Positions 9,957-19,654 of a stretch of DNA of 64,000 nt are shown here, in pieces (the first letter of the stretch is position 1; every line of letters starts with the position of its first letter). The DNA lies in the sequence record OL362041.1, one strand, 5' to 3'. A model generated the notes under the pieces. The model had not been told where the DNA came from. It made no database searches and saw nothing but the letters and a program-made list of their open reading frames with translations. Source of the DNA: Escherichia phage vB_Eco_OMNI12. The position numbers and the translations under genes are program-made.

Positions 9957-10427
9957 TTAATCATGTTTCCACACCCCATCGGTATTTGACCAAAGCCGCT
10001 GATTATCTGATCCTCTCCACAGCTTTTTGGTCGGAAGATTTTTCTCATACTTCCCATCAATAATAACATCAACATATTTAAGCATTTCTAGTTGTTTAAT
10101 ATCTTCAAACTTATATCCTGTCCACAACCAAATGCTTTTATTTGGATAAAGATTTTTTACTGTTTGAACAATGCAATGAATAACATCTCGATTATCAGGA
10201 TAGAGAGGGTCTCCTCCAGTTATAGTTAATCCTTCTATATAATCATTATTCAAACATTCAATTAATTGTTCTAGTGTTTCACCAGTGAATGGAATACCAT
10301 TTCTAGCATTCCATGTTGATTTATTATAACACCCTTCGCATTTATGCAAACAACCTGTAACGAAAAGAACGGTCCTGCATCCAGGACCATTCACAAAGCA
10401 GCACGGGTATATTCTGTCATAATTCAT
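9957..10427 (-). CDS. nrdG: anaerobic ribonucleotide reductase activating protein NrdG (radical SAM)
   Basis: 156 aa; radical-SAM Cys cluster CLHKCEGC. Confidence 0.85.
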   Translation of the reverse strand: MNYDRIYPCCFVNGPGCRTVLFVTGCLHKCEGCYNKSTWNARNGIPFTGETLEQLIECLNNDYIEGLTITGGDPLYPDNRDVIHCIVQTVKNLYPNKSIWLWTGYKFEDIKQLEMLKYVDVIIDGKYEKNLPTKKLWRGSDNQRLWSNTDGVWKHD

Positions 10428-11256
10428 TTATATATTTCCAATTATAGCCTTCAACACTTTTACGTTCGCCATTTAAACATTTTAAAATATTTCCTTTGCT
10501 AGAAATATTAAAATATTTTGCTGCGTCTGGTATATAATTAAATGTTTTTAAAAGAACACCATCTTTATATGCGCCAAATAAATTAAGAGTATATTTTTCT
10601 CGAAGACGCTGATGTTTCCTTTTCATAACCTCAGGATTTGCATACGCCAACCTCAATGAATTTCTATGTTTTTCTTTTACTTCAGGTTTTTGCATTGCTA
10701 ACTTAGTTAGCCTGGAAATTTTATTTCTAACTTCGTCAGTTTTCATTGCATTTGACAAATTTAATAAAGTTTTATTTCTAACTTCAGGTTTTTGCATTGC
10801 TAACTTAGTTAGTTCTCTATGTCTTTTTCTAAAATCGTCATCCTTCCATATATTTTTCGATAATTTTGACATAGAGCGGTGAAATAATTCCTTTTCACTG
10901 GAATACAATTTAAAAATTTCATCCAATTCATCCGCATTAAATCTATCGGTATTCGAGTTTATCATTCTATGAAAGGCATAACACATTTTACTATTGCTTG
11001 TTTTAGCTAAATAGTAATGAGCTAACGCATGGTCATAATATGACAAATTAACAATATTCCATTTATCTGTTTTATATTCAGGAAATATAGATTTGGGAAG
11101 CACGTGATGTGCTTCCGTTTTTCCTTTTATTTTAGGATTATTATAATTTTTTGTTATCAAATCAACATATGACAATAGTAAATCATTATTTTCTTCAAAT
11201 ATTAAAGCTAATTTATCATTCACAAAATCGCAAGGATAAAATCTATCATAATTCAT
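10417..11256 (-). CDS. freestanding HNH homing endonuclease (mob-like) between nrdD and nrdG
   Basis: 279 aa; KTEAHHVLPKSIFPEY...NLSYYDHALAH; overlaps both flanking genes; internal tandem repeat. Confidence 0.7.
   Translation of the reverse strand: MNYDRFYPCDFVNDKLALIFEENNDLLLSYVDLITKNYNNPKIKGKTEAHHVLPKSIFPEYKTDKWNIVNLSYYDHALAHYYLAKTSNSKMCYAFHRMINSNTDRFNADELDEIFKLYSSEKELFHRSMSKLSKNIWKDDDFRKRHRELTKLAMQKPEVRNKTLLNLSNAMKTDEVRNKISRLTKLAMQKPEVKEKHRNSLRLAYANPEVMKRKHQRLREKYTLNLFGAYKDGVLLKTFNYIPDAAKYFNISSKGNILKCLNGERKSVEGYNWKYINEL
10681..10812. repeat. tandem duplication inside HNH endonuclease gene
   Basis: Identical 30-mer ttcaggtttttgcattgctaacttagttag at 10681-10710 and 10783-10812 (period 102 bp); encodes repeated LTKLAMQKPEV modules. 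Confidence 0.8.
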
Positions 11257-13070
11257 TGGTGTTTAACCCTATGCATGATTTCTTTATTTTTACCGAGATT
11301 AAATCCGCGTTCGTTCGGATTTCCCAAATAACCACATGTTCTTCTTATTGTATTCATCTTTTTAGGATCAGTTTCTCCACAAATAGAACAAACAAATCCG
11401 TTTTCAGTAGGAGTCATTTCATGGGTACTTCCACACGTAAAACATTTATCTACCGGCATGTTAACACCAAAATAATCTAAATGTTGTGCAGCATAATCCC
11501 ATACGGCCTCAAGACCTTTCAAGTTATTTTTCATATCAGGAAGTTCAACATAAGAAATGTGACCACCTGTCGCAATGAAATGATATGGCGCTTCACGAGA
11601 AATCTTTTCAAACGGAGTAATATTTTCTTCTACTGAGACATGGAAACTGTTAGTGTACCAGCCTTTATCGGTAACATCTTTTACGCTTCCATATTTTTCT
11701 GTATCGAGTTTACAGAAGCGATAACAAAGGTTTTCAGCAGGAGTCGAATATAAACTAAAAGCAAATCCGGTTCTTTCAGTCCACTGTTTAAGATGAGCAT
11801 TCATTTTAGTTAAAATTTCTCGTCCAATATCACGACCGACAAGAATATTCAATTCGTGAATACCAATGTATCCTAAAGACACTGAACTTCTACCGTTTTT
11901 AAATAACTCAATTATATCGTCATCAGGTTTAAGACGAACCCCAAATGCACCTTCTTGGTAAAGAATAGGAGCAACAGTAGCTTTAACTCCTTTTAAGGAA
12001 CTAATTCTACACATCAAAGCTTCAAAACATAAATCCATTCGTTCATTGAACAATTCAACAAATTTCTGTTCATTGAACTGTGTTCCAATATAAGAATCTA
12101 ACGCGATGCGAGGAAGATTCAGTGTTACAACACCAAGATTATTACGTCCATCAAGAATTTCATTACCAGTCGAATCTTTCCATACGCCCAAGAAACTACG
12201 GCAACCCATTGGAGAAACAGGAACAGATGAACCAGTGATAGCTTTATTGTTCTTAGCTGAAATAATATCAGGATACATCCTTTTGCTTGCACACTCTAGA
12301 GCAAGCTGCTTAATATCATAGTTCGGATCGTCTTTATAAAGATTAACACCTTCTTCAACGAACATAACAAGCTTAGGGAAAATAGGAGTTATTCCATCAC
12401 GACCAAGACCTTTAATACGATTTTTCAGAATTGCTTTCTGAATCATTCGTTCAGTCCAGTCAGTTCCTGTACCAAATGTAATTGTTACAAAAGGTGTTTG
12501 TCCGTTTGAACTAAAGAGAGTATTTACTTCATATTCATAAGCTTGGAATGCATCGTATACATCTTTTTCTGTTTTAGATTGAGCATAATTCAACACATCA
12601 GCGATTTGCCATTTTTCTGCATCCTCAATATGTTTTGCATAGGTGCGTTTAACATAAGGAGAAAGTACTTTATCGACATTAGCAAATGTAGTTCCGCCAT
12701 ATTGGTGAGAAGCAACCTGTGCAGTAATTTGTGCCATAATTGCAGTAGCAACGCCAATTGATTTAGGAGTTTCAATCTGTGCATTACCAAGCTTAAATCC
12801 GTTCTCAAGCATTCCTTTTAAATCTACTAAACAGCAATTAGTAAATGGAAGAGCAGGGGAATAATCAATATCATGGAAATGAATAATTCCGCTTTCATGC
12901 GCTTTCATAATAAAAGACGGGACCATATTTTTGGCAATGTGTTTAGACACAATACCAGCCATAAGGTCCCGTTGAGTTGGAAAAACACGAGAATCTTTAT
13001 TAGCATTCTCGTTTAAAAGGTCTTTATTAGTTTTATGAATCAATCCTTCAATTTCTTTTTCAATTGTCAT
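11253..13070 (-). CDS. nrdD: anaerobic ribonucleoside-triphosphate reductase NrdD (class III), intronless
   Basis: 605 aa uninterrupted; C-terminal glycyl-radical motif RRTCGYLG. Confidence 0.9.
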   Translation of the reverse strand: MTIEKEIEGLIHKTNKDLLNENANKDSRVFPTQRDLMAGIVSKHIAKNMVPSFIMKAHESGIIHFHDIDYSPALPFTNCCLVDLKGMLENGFKLGNAQIETPKSIGVATAIMAQITAQVASHQYGGTTFANVDKVLSPYVKRTYAKHIEDAEKWQIADVLNYAQSKTEKDVYDAFQAYEYEVNTLFSSNGQTPFVTITFGTGTDWTERMIQKAILKNRIKGLGRDGITPIFPKLVMFVEEGVNLYKDDPNYDIKQLALECASKRMYPDIISAKNNKAITGSSVPVSPMGCRSFLGVWKDSTGNEILDGRNNLGVVTLNLPRIALDSYIGTQFNEQKFVELFNERMDLCFEALMCRISSLKGVKATVAPILYQEGAFGVRLKPDDDIIELFKNGRSSVSLGYIGIHELNILVGRDIGREILTKMNAHLKQWTERTGFAFSLYSTPAENLCYRFCKLDTEKYGSVKDVTDKGWYTNSFHVSVEENITPFEKISREAPYHFIATGGHISYVELPDMKNNLKGLEAVWDYAAQHLDYFGVNMPVDKCFTCGSTHEMTPTENGFVCSICGETDPKKMNTIRRTCGYLGNPNERGFNLGKNKEIMHRVKHQ

Positions 13071-13540
13071 TTTAAACTCTTTCTAAGCTGCTTCTTAAAT
13101 GAAGCTATTAACTGTGTTTTGGTGTCAGATTCATTATATTCAAATCCTCTTTGAAGCATCTCGGCCATCATTTCCTCTTTTCCTAAACGAGAAAATTCCT
13201 TTGATTTATCTCCAACAAAGTTAGGGTGAATATTATTTTGGGTGTAATCGGATTTTAAATAAGTAAGTAAATTTTCTAACCATTCAAGATAATCAACACC
13301 TTGTCCCTTTAAGCCAGAACGATTAAATTTATGCTTCATTTGACCTTCTGCGGCATTGCAGAGATTACAAAGCAATCCACGTATCTTTCCTGCTTTTGGT
13401 CCATTTAATTCATGGTCATGATCAAGATGATTAGCTTGAACATCAGGATTTAGTTCTCGTTGGCAAATTAAACATTTACCGTTTTGTGCATCATAAAATT
13501 TCTGTTTTTCTTCTTTATATAATTTGCCAGTCAATAACAT
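13067..13540 (-). CDS. 49: endonuclease VII (Holliday junction resolvase) gp49
   Basis: 157 aa; Zn-binding cysteines and HLDHDH motif; length equals T4 endo VII. Confidence 0.85.
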   Translation of the reverse strand: MLLTGKLYKEEKQKFYDAQNGKCLICQRELNPDVQANHLDHDHELNGPKAGKIRGLLCNLCNAAEGQMKHKFNRSGLKGQGVDYLEWLENLLTYLKSDYTQNNIHPNFVGDKSKEFSRLGKEEMMAEMLQRGFEYNESDTKTQLIASFKKQLRKSLK

Positions 13541-13580
13541 AATAAAACCCTTACCTTAAATAGATAAGGGTATTTATTAT

Positions 13581-13866
13581 TTTTAAGTATTGTAAAACAT
13601 TCGATGCAATCGTTTATACTGTCGAATCATCTTTTTAGTAGGACGAGAATAGGTTCCTACGCAAGTTGTCATATGAGGGTCCGTAGAATGTCCTTTAATA
13701 AAAAGTTTCCAAACCTTACCGCCATTTAACTTTTCAGTATAAACCAATTCGGTTTTCATTAAAATGTCCTGTCAGAAAAAGAATTTTGAGTTTTTTCAAG
13801 TATTGTAAAACATTTGATGCAATCGCTTATATTGCCGAATCTTTTGGTCAGAAAAAGAAATTTGAG
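13581..13866. repeat. diverged direct repeats around two adjacent genes
   Basis: About 53-bp repeat at 13581-13634 and 13793-13845 (about 90 percent identity); 20-bp repeat gtcagaaaaagaa(t/a)tttgag at 13771-13790 and 13847-13866. Confidence 0.8.
13583..13759 (-). CDS. small ORF (58 aa) sharing its C-terminal 15 residues with upstream gene
   Basis: Hand-translated: MKTELVYTEKLNGG...IRQYKRLHRMFYNT; not in ORF track (under 60 aa). Confidence 0.4.
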   Translation of the reverse strand: MKTELVYTEKLNGGKVWKLFIKGHSTDPHMTTCVGTYSRPTKKMIRQYKRLHRMFYNT

Positions 13867-14299
13867 TTTCAAGCCATTCAATGTACTCTGCGGCAGCTTG
13901 CATCAGGTTACCTTCATAGCCATCGTTATTTTCTTGCGCAGCTAATTTAGCTAATGCGTATGAAATACGTTCACCTTGAAAAGCGGCTTTAGGCTTCTGA
14001 ACATCTTGGCTAGTTCTCTCTACAACTTCTTCAATTTCACCATTTTCAACGGATTCAGTATTCCACAAACACCAGTATGTAATTGGCTTATCATAGATGT
14101 TAATAATCTTTCCGTCGGAAAGTTCAATTTCAATAATTCCAGTATCAGGTTCTATATCATCTTCACATTCTTTTACAAGTTCACGAACTTTAAAGACAGT
14201 ACCTGCACTAAGTTCCGGCCAGTAATTACATAGCCCTGTATCAACACGATTAATTCTAAACCACTTATCTACTGTAATCATGTCCCATCTCCATATCAA
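13796..14299 (-). CDS. hypothetical protein (position of T4 pin/49.x genes)
   Basis: 167 aa; ends IRQYKRLHQMFYNT. Confidence 0.55.
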   Translation of the reverse strand: MIWRWDMITVDKWFRINRVDTGLCNYWPELSAGTVFKVRELVKECEDDIEPDTGIIEIELSDGKIINIYDKPITYWCLWNTESVENGEIEEVVERTSQDVQKPKAAFQGERISYALAKLAAQENNDGYEGNLMQAAAEYIEWLETQISFSDQKIRQYKRLHQMFYNT

Positions 14300-14403
14300 T
14301 TAAGTCATTTATCGTTGGTTCATTATATACTGTTTCTTCATCAGTGTAAACCGGTTCTTCCGGCTCTGGCTCTACAGTTTCCCATCTAGCCGCCCACCAA
14401 GGT

Positions 14404-14613
14404 TTAACCCCGAAGCTTATTAAGTTCTTCATAATCAATCCAGGATTCTAATCCTGATGGCAAATCAGATTCAATTTCCCAAAGAAGCTCTTCAATTTTC
14501 TGAAGACGATCTAGTTCTTCGGCTGGAATAGTAACCATTGACGGAGCTCGTGATACATTAATATCGTAAATCATATTTACCCCAGTTTGACCATGCAATC
14601 GCCGTATTTCCAC
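14404..14613 (-). CDS. hypothetical protein
   Basis: ORF track 69 aa. Confidence 0.4.
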   Translation of the reverse strand: MEIRRLHGQTGVNMIYDINVSRAPSMVTIPAEELDRLQKIEELLWEIESDLPSGLESWIDYEELNKLRG

Positions 14614-14792
14614 TTAGAAATAGACTTTTCGCCATTAGAATAATAAACTTCGAGTTTAGCACGATTATTTTTAATTTGAATAACCTTGGCTGTCATCAAA
14701 GTTCCATACCCATAATAAACTGCAACTTCATCACCTACATATACCGCGCTTCCGCGATAATCATGAATATAGTCAGTTCCTTCGAGCATCAT
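14577..14792 (-). CDS. hypothetical protein
   Basis: ORF track 71 aa. Confidence 0.45.
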   Translation of the reverse strand: MMLEGTDYIHDYRGSAVYVGDEVAVYYGYGTLMTAKVIQIKNNRAKLEVYYSNGEKSISKWKYGDCMVKLG

Positions 14793-15052
14793 TTAAAATA
14801 TTCTCGCAGTTGGTCAAATCCACCAATATGACTTCCATCAGGAGCAAATACCTGAGGCATTGTTAAGCCGATTTGAGTATCACGACCTAGTTTAGTCAGA
14901 AGCTCAGCGATTTTCTCATCATCAAAAACACCTTTTTCCGGCATAATGTTGATAAATTCAAACGGCTGTTTCTTCACAGTCAAAAGACGTTTTGCATTAT
15001 CACAATACACACATTTGTGGATGTTGCTATCATAACCATATACTTTAAACAT
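14789..15052 (-). CDS. nrdC: thioredoxin/glutaredoxin NrdC
   Basis: 87 aa; CVYC redox motif; length equals T4 thioredoxin. Confidence 0.85.
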   Translation of the reverse strand: MFKVYGYDSNIHKCVYCDNAKRLLTVKKQPFEFINIMPEKGVFDDEKIAELLTKLGRDTQIGLTMPQVFAPDGSHIGGFDQLREYFK

Positions 15053-15053
15053 A

Positions 15054-15296
15054 TTATTCCTTAATTCCTAGTACTTGTTTAAAAGTCTCGTCGTAATCAA
15101 GACTTTGACCTGTTTGTTCTTTATGTTTGTATATAATATCACTTACTTCTGATAGCATATTTTTATATGAACGAGTTAAAGCAGATTTAAGCACGCTGTA
15201 TCTATCAGGAAATTTACCATGTTCATTATAATAAGCTATTGCTAATTCACGGACTGCCTTTTCAGCAGCCTCCATATATTCTTTACGCTTGGTCAT
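15054..15296 (-). CDS. hypothetical protein
   Basis: ORF track 80 aa. Confidence 0.5.
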   Translation of the reverse strand: MTKRKEYMEAAEKAVRELAIAYYNEHGKFPDRYSVLKSALTRSYKNMLSEVSDIIYKHKEQTGQSLDYDETFKQVLGIKE

Positions 15297-15298
15297 TT

Positions 15299-15688
15299 TT
15301 AATCCAAAATATTATTAGGCATTGGTTGAACACTCACAAGTTCTTTAAAGAACTCAGTAGAGTCAGGCAATTTAACCATTTCCGGAGCATGCTTACTGAA
15401 TTTATGTTTACATTGACGGCATTTATATTCAAGCTCTGGTTTACGCCAGTTAATCAACTGAACTTGTTCAGTACCGCATTCAGGGCAATTAGGAACGTTT
15501 TTAGAAGCTCTTTCACGTCGTTCAACCATAGCCATAATAGCATCCCATGCTGGAGGTTTAAAATCTAAATCGTCGCAGCCGTGAATCTTTCCACGCATTT
15601 CCATATCATCTTCCTCACCAGCCATAATAATTTTAATTAAACTGGAATTACTTGAAGCTGCAATGTCTTCTAATAAACGCTTTTTCAT
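15299..15688 (-). CDS. zinc-ribbon protein
   Basis: 129 aa; CPECG...CRQCKH four-Cys ribbon. Confidence 0.5.
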   Translation of the reverse strand: MKKRLLEDIAASSNSSLIKIIMAGEEDDMEMRGKIHGCDDLDFKPPAWDAIMAMVERRERASKNVPNCPECGTEQVQLINWRKPELEYKCRQCKHKFSKHAPEMVKLPDSTEFFKELVSVQPMPNNILD

Positions 15689-16614
15689 TTCAATACCTCA
15701 ATAGCATTACGTAAACCATTTGCTTTTGCATTAAGAGCTTTTAACAATTTGGTGTGTTCTGCAATTTGGGCTTCAACTTCAATCAAACGGGCATTGAGAT
15801 ATTCACGTTCTTCACTCAGATTATCAACCTTTTCTACTTTAGGCTCTTTTACAACTGTCTTATATGTATTAGGGTTCTTCAGTTTAATTAGAATGCGTGA
15901 ACTGTATAACATTGAACCATTATCTTCGGTTTCGTCATACATTTCCACTACGTCCATAATTTTTAACATCATGCGGAGTTTATAAGACAACGAACGAATA
16001 GTTTTGTTGTGCTTATTAATTTCTTTAGCTGTCATGGTGCCAAGATTACGTGAGTAATAATAAGGAACCTGGATATTAATTAATACTGATGAACCACCTG
16101 GCTTGTGTGTTACTTCATCAGCAATAACCCAGTCCTTAACATGAACTGTATTTGTACGGTCATCGCCCGCGGTAAATAGTTTGCGAGCATGCTTAAAAAG
16201 CATATTCACTTGGTCATTGAATTGACAAGCAAATTTATCAGCAAATTTAGTTTCAGGAATGGTAGAAAACCAATCAGCCAAATGAGTCTTTTTAACATCA
16301 TTAACAATAGTAAATTCAACCAAATCGGTTATAGATGTCTCAGATTTAATGAAGCTCGGCTTCATAAAGTTTTTAATGTTCTCATGAGCTACAGTAGAAG
16401 ATAACATACGAGAACGTTTAAACCATTCAAGCAAATTGCCTAACGAATGAGAATACGCATTTTGTGTATCTTTACAAATATGGTTTTCCCATCCAATATA
16501 GTCTAAAAAATCACGAAGAATATTATTGATTACTGCTCTGTGTCCTATCTGATAATTACGATGTTTAGTAATAAGACTGTCAAAATAATCAATATAATGT
16601 TTACGAGTTTTCAT
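15685..16614 (-). CDS. hypothetical protein with C-terminal coiled coil (paralog family member 1)
   Basis: 309 aa; N-terminus MKTRKHYIDY; C-terminal heptad-rich 40 aa. Confidence 0.55.
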   Translation of the reverse strand: MKTRKHYIDYFDSLITKHRNYQIGHRAVINNILRDFLDYIGWENHICKDTQNAYSHSLGNLLEWFKRSRMLSSTVAHENIKNFMKPSFIKSETSITDLVEFTIVNDVKKTHLADWFSTIPETKFADKFACQFNDQVNMLFKHARKLFTAGDDRTNTVHVKDWVIADEVTHKPGGSSVLINIQVPYYYSRNLGTMTAKEINKHNKTIRSLSYKLRMMLKIMDVVEMYDETEDNGSMLYSSRILIKLKNPNTYKTVVKEPKVEKVDNLSEEREYLNARLIEVEAQIAEHTKLLKALNAKANGLRNAIEVLK

Positions 16615-16666
16615 GTTCTTCTCACTTGGTTAATGATTTATACTCCGAGCCATCCTTGGCTTTAAA

Positions 16667-17668
16667 TTACTTAATTAACTGTAAAGCTTGTTCCAGACGA
16701 TCCAGGCGATTAACAGATTCTTCCCAAATCCTTTTAGACTGCTCATATTCTTTCTGTGCTTTATTAGAAATTTCTAGAACTTCTTTATAAGCTTTTTCTA
16801 ATGCAATAACTTCTGGACGAATTTCTACCGGTTCAGGTGAATCGTCAAGACATTCCATTAGTTCCTCAAGGGTGGTTTCTTCTTTAGGAGTATTCACAAT
16901 TTCATCACATTTTTGCTGGTAAATTTCTTTATCAGTCGGTGAGTACGCACACTTTACTTCACGAAGACTAACTACAATTTTATATCCTTCCCAGCCGCAT
17001 ATATTCTTAAAAGGATAAGTATGAATATTTTCTACTGTTTCCATACAAAGTAATGCGGTCTCTAATTGACGAGTTATAGTGCTAGCAATTGAGAAAAATT
17101 TATTAATGTTCTTTTGGTTAGTTTCTGGTGTAAAAAATCCATAATTCACAAAAAAGCTTACTTTATTTTTATCAAGTTCATATTCTTTTATGATAATCAT
17201 ATCAGAAGCCAAAGGATGAATTTGACGATAATCGCCATAACATAATTTAGAAGCTGATTTTAGAATCTGTCCTTTGAAAAGTCTGAAATTACTAATCCAA
17301 CGACGAGTAAAAATATTCTCAGGGTCTTCTTTATTATTAAGATGATAAGAATTAACATCACCGAACCAATTATATCCTACTACATCTTTGGTTCGTTTAA
17401 TTTCTTTCCCAAAATTACCAAGAATATCCCGATTAACCAAATATGAAAGAAGACGAGACTCTTTAAAGGTTTTCTTGATAACATCTTTATCTACACGGCT
17501 AGAAATTTTACGAATTTCATGAATAAATTTAGTAGAAGAAACAATACTTGCATCAACACTATTGAGCCATTGATTGATAATAGAAAGAACGCTATTTTGG
17601 CCAAACATCGGTATAGCTTTATCATCAATAACGCTATTGAATGATTTGATATATTCGTTACGAGTCAT
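16667..17668 (-). CDS. hypothetical protein with C-terminal coiled coil (family member 2)
   Basis: Start moved to Met 18 (ATG 17668-17666, GAGGAG upstream) because ORF-track start lies in promoter; 333 aa. Confidence 0.55.
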   Translation of the reverse strand: MTRNEYIKSFNSVIDDKAIPMFGQNSVLSIINQWLNSVDASIVSSTKFIHEIRKISSRVDKDVIKKTFKESRLLSYLVNRDILGNFGKEIKRTKDVVGYNWFGDVNSYHLNNKEDPENIFTRRWISNFRLFKGQILKSASKLCYGDYRQIHPLASDMIIIKEYELDKNKVSFFVNYGFFTPETNQKNINKFFSIASTITRQLETALLCMETVENIHTYPFKNICGWEGYKIVVSLREVKCAYSPTDKEIYQQKCDEIVNTPKEETTLEELMECLDDSPEPVEIRPEVIALEKAYKEVLEISNKAQKEYEQSKRIWEESVNRLDRLEQALQLIK

Positions 17669-17690
17669 AATAATCTCCTCAGTAGAAAGT

Positions 17691-17725
17691 AAGAACATTA
17701 TACCACATCCTTGTGGCAAAGTAAA
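17691..17725 (-). promoter_or_regulatory. T4-type early promoter
   Basis: -35 TTTACT (17720-17725), 17-nt spacer, -10 TATAAT (17697-17702). Confidence 0.6.
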
Positions 17726-18751
17726 CTAGTTCAGTGCATTTAGTGCATTGTTCAGTTTAGAACGTTGCTTTGTCAGATTTTGAACCCTTGACTGAGCTTG
17801 TTCTAACGCCTTTTCAACTTCTAGCATTTCATTGGTCGCTTTAACGAGTTCATCATCTACTGCCTTAAGAGACTTTTCAATCGCATCAGCGTGCCATTTT
17901 TCTACAGGTTTAAAATTTGAATTTTCAGTAGGAAGAAAACTCACTTTATTAAGTTTACATGCATCTATGTTACTTGAACTGTACATCCAACATTTAGGAT
18001 CGTTTGATAAGTAATTGGATAAATTTAAATTTAAGGTATCTTGCACTTCCTGCTTTTTCTCTTGAACAATTTCATCCTTTCTCAAAAATTCATATTTAAA
18101 TGAAACGATCATATCAAGTTCATATGTTGTTGTATGTTCCCAATTTCGCTCAAAACGAGGTAAAATCTTAGATTGAACAGCGGCAACAACATCCATATAC
18201 TTAAATGCTTCTGTCAACTGTGATTTAAGGCATTCACAAATTGAAAGAGAATTTTTTGTATTAGGTTTAAAGCTAATTCGTGCAGTTCTGTTATTTTCTT
18301 TTAATGGTCTTACTTCCATCTGAAGAGTATAACCATCAAATTTCAGGTTCTTTAAGTTAATATCAGAACCTTTTAATCGACTAGCCGTCGACAAAATTTG
18401 CTTTAATTGTCTACGGAACAGAGCAATAAATCTCCATTCAATACGATAATGATTTGGATTAAAAAATCCAGATGATAAATTAACCTTACTCTGACCAACG
18501 CCTTGAACAAATAGAGGATTTTTATAATCAATAGTTTTACCGAAATCGGTGAGCTGCTCACGAGCAGTCATTTGTGTAATATACCCCGCTTTACTAAAAT
18601 GACGTAACCATTCACTGCTATTCATATATTTAAAGTGAATATCACGATTAACTTTATCAGGGTCTAAATTATTTTGGCACAAAAATGTCATAACATCACG
18701 AGTATAGCTGGCATTACGAACCATATCTTCAATTTGAGAACGAGTTTTCAT
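17726..18751 (-). CDS. hypothetical protein with C-terminal coiled coil (family member 3)
   Basis: 341 aa; N-terminus MKTRSQIEDM similar to member 1. Confidence 0.55.
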   Translation of the reverse strand: MKTRSQIEDMVRNASYTRDVMTFLCQNNLDPDKVNRDIHFKYMNSSEWLRHFSKAGYITQMTAREQLTDFGKTIDYKNPLFVQGVGQSKVNLSSGFFNPNHYRIEWRFIALFRRQLKQILSTASRLKGSDINLKNLKFDGYTLQMEVRPLKENNRTARISFKPNTKNSLSICECLKSQLTEAFKYMDVVAAVQSKILPRFERNWEHTTTYELDMIVSFKYEFLRKDEIVQEKKQEVQDTLNLNLSNYLSNDPKCWMYSSSNIDACKLNKVSFLPTENSNFKPVEKWHADAIEKSLKAVDDELVKATNEMLEVEKALEQAQSRVQNLTKQRSKLNNALNALN

Positions 18752-18759
18752 AGTGTTCC

Positions 18760-19647
18760 TTAAGATTTAAGTAAATCAACAATTTTAATTAACTTTTCAC
18801 GCTCAGATTTAGCTTTACTACTCAGTCCAGATAGTCTGAAAATTTCATCATCATATTGCTGAATAGAAATATTCAGCTCTTCAATCTGCTTATTAAAATA
18901 ATCAATTTGTTCAGAATGTTTTTCGTTACTACGAACTGGTACAGGTTTTGTAGGTAATTTAGATGAACTGGATTCATCCTGGCGATAAATTAAAATACAA
19001 CTTGAACCAATTGGACATTTTGCACCAGATGAATATTCTAATGTTCCAGCTTCTTTTAAAACTTCAAAAGCTAAACAGAGATGATGCCCCATATTGACAT
19101 AATCTGTAGAGCGAGCTCTGACGTAATAATCATCTCCGCGAATACTAAATTTAAAGCATTTAAGGTCTTCTGTATTATTGGTCTTAAAAATCATTTGTTT
19201 ATCTAGACCCTTAGCTAATCGAGCGCCTAATGCTAATAATCGTCGTTGATTTTCCCACAAATCCTCAATCATTTGATCGAATGATAATTTTGGCATTAGT
19301 CGACCATAAAGGTCATATCCTTTATTATAATTACGAAGGATTTCACTCGCGTTAATACGAGACAACGCTCCAATTTTATTAAGGGCTTTCATGATGCGAT
19401 TAGATAAACCCATTCCAGACCCGTTTGTTCGTTGTAAATGTTTTTCTAATCCAAACCCAATATCAACTTTAAATTTATCTAAAATTTCAGCATGAACGTC
19501 TCTGTCAATAACATTCAAATCCAAAGTTGGGTTAAATCTATGAAAAAATTTATCTGGCTCTCCACGACGAAGTACAGTCCATTCATTCAATTTTTTATTA
19601 ACTAAAGATTTAATTACTGCATTGACATTATTAATTACTACTGACAT
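18760..19647 (-). CDS. hypothetical protein with C-terminal coiled coil (family member 4)
   Basis: Start at Met 13 (ATG 19647-19645, GAGGAA upstream); 295 aa. Confidence 0.5.
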   Translation of the reverse strand: MSVVINNVNAVIKSLVNKKLNEWTVLRRGEPDKFFHRFNPTLDLNVIDRDVHAEILDKFKVDIGFGLEKHLQRTNGSGMGLSNRIMKALNKIGALSRINASEILRNYNKGYDLYGRLMPKLSFDQMIEDLWENQRRLLALGARLAKGLDKQMIFKTNNTEDLKCFKFSIRGDDYYVRARSTDYVNMGHHLCLAFEVLKEAGTLEYSSGAKCPIGSSCILIYRQDESSSSKLPTKPVPVRSNEKHSEQIDYFNKQIEELNISIQQYDDEIFRLSGLSSKAKSEREKLIKIVDLLKS

Positions 19648-19654
19648 ATTTTCC

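Noticed and set aside
11253-13070. Group I intron with endonuclease ORF in nrdD, as in T4
   Set aside because: nrdD is a single uninterrupted 606-codon frame; no intron-sized insertion is present.
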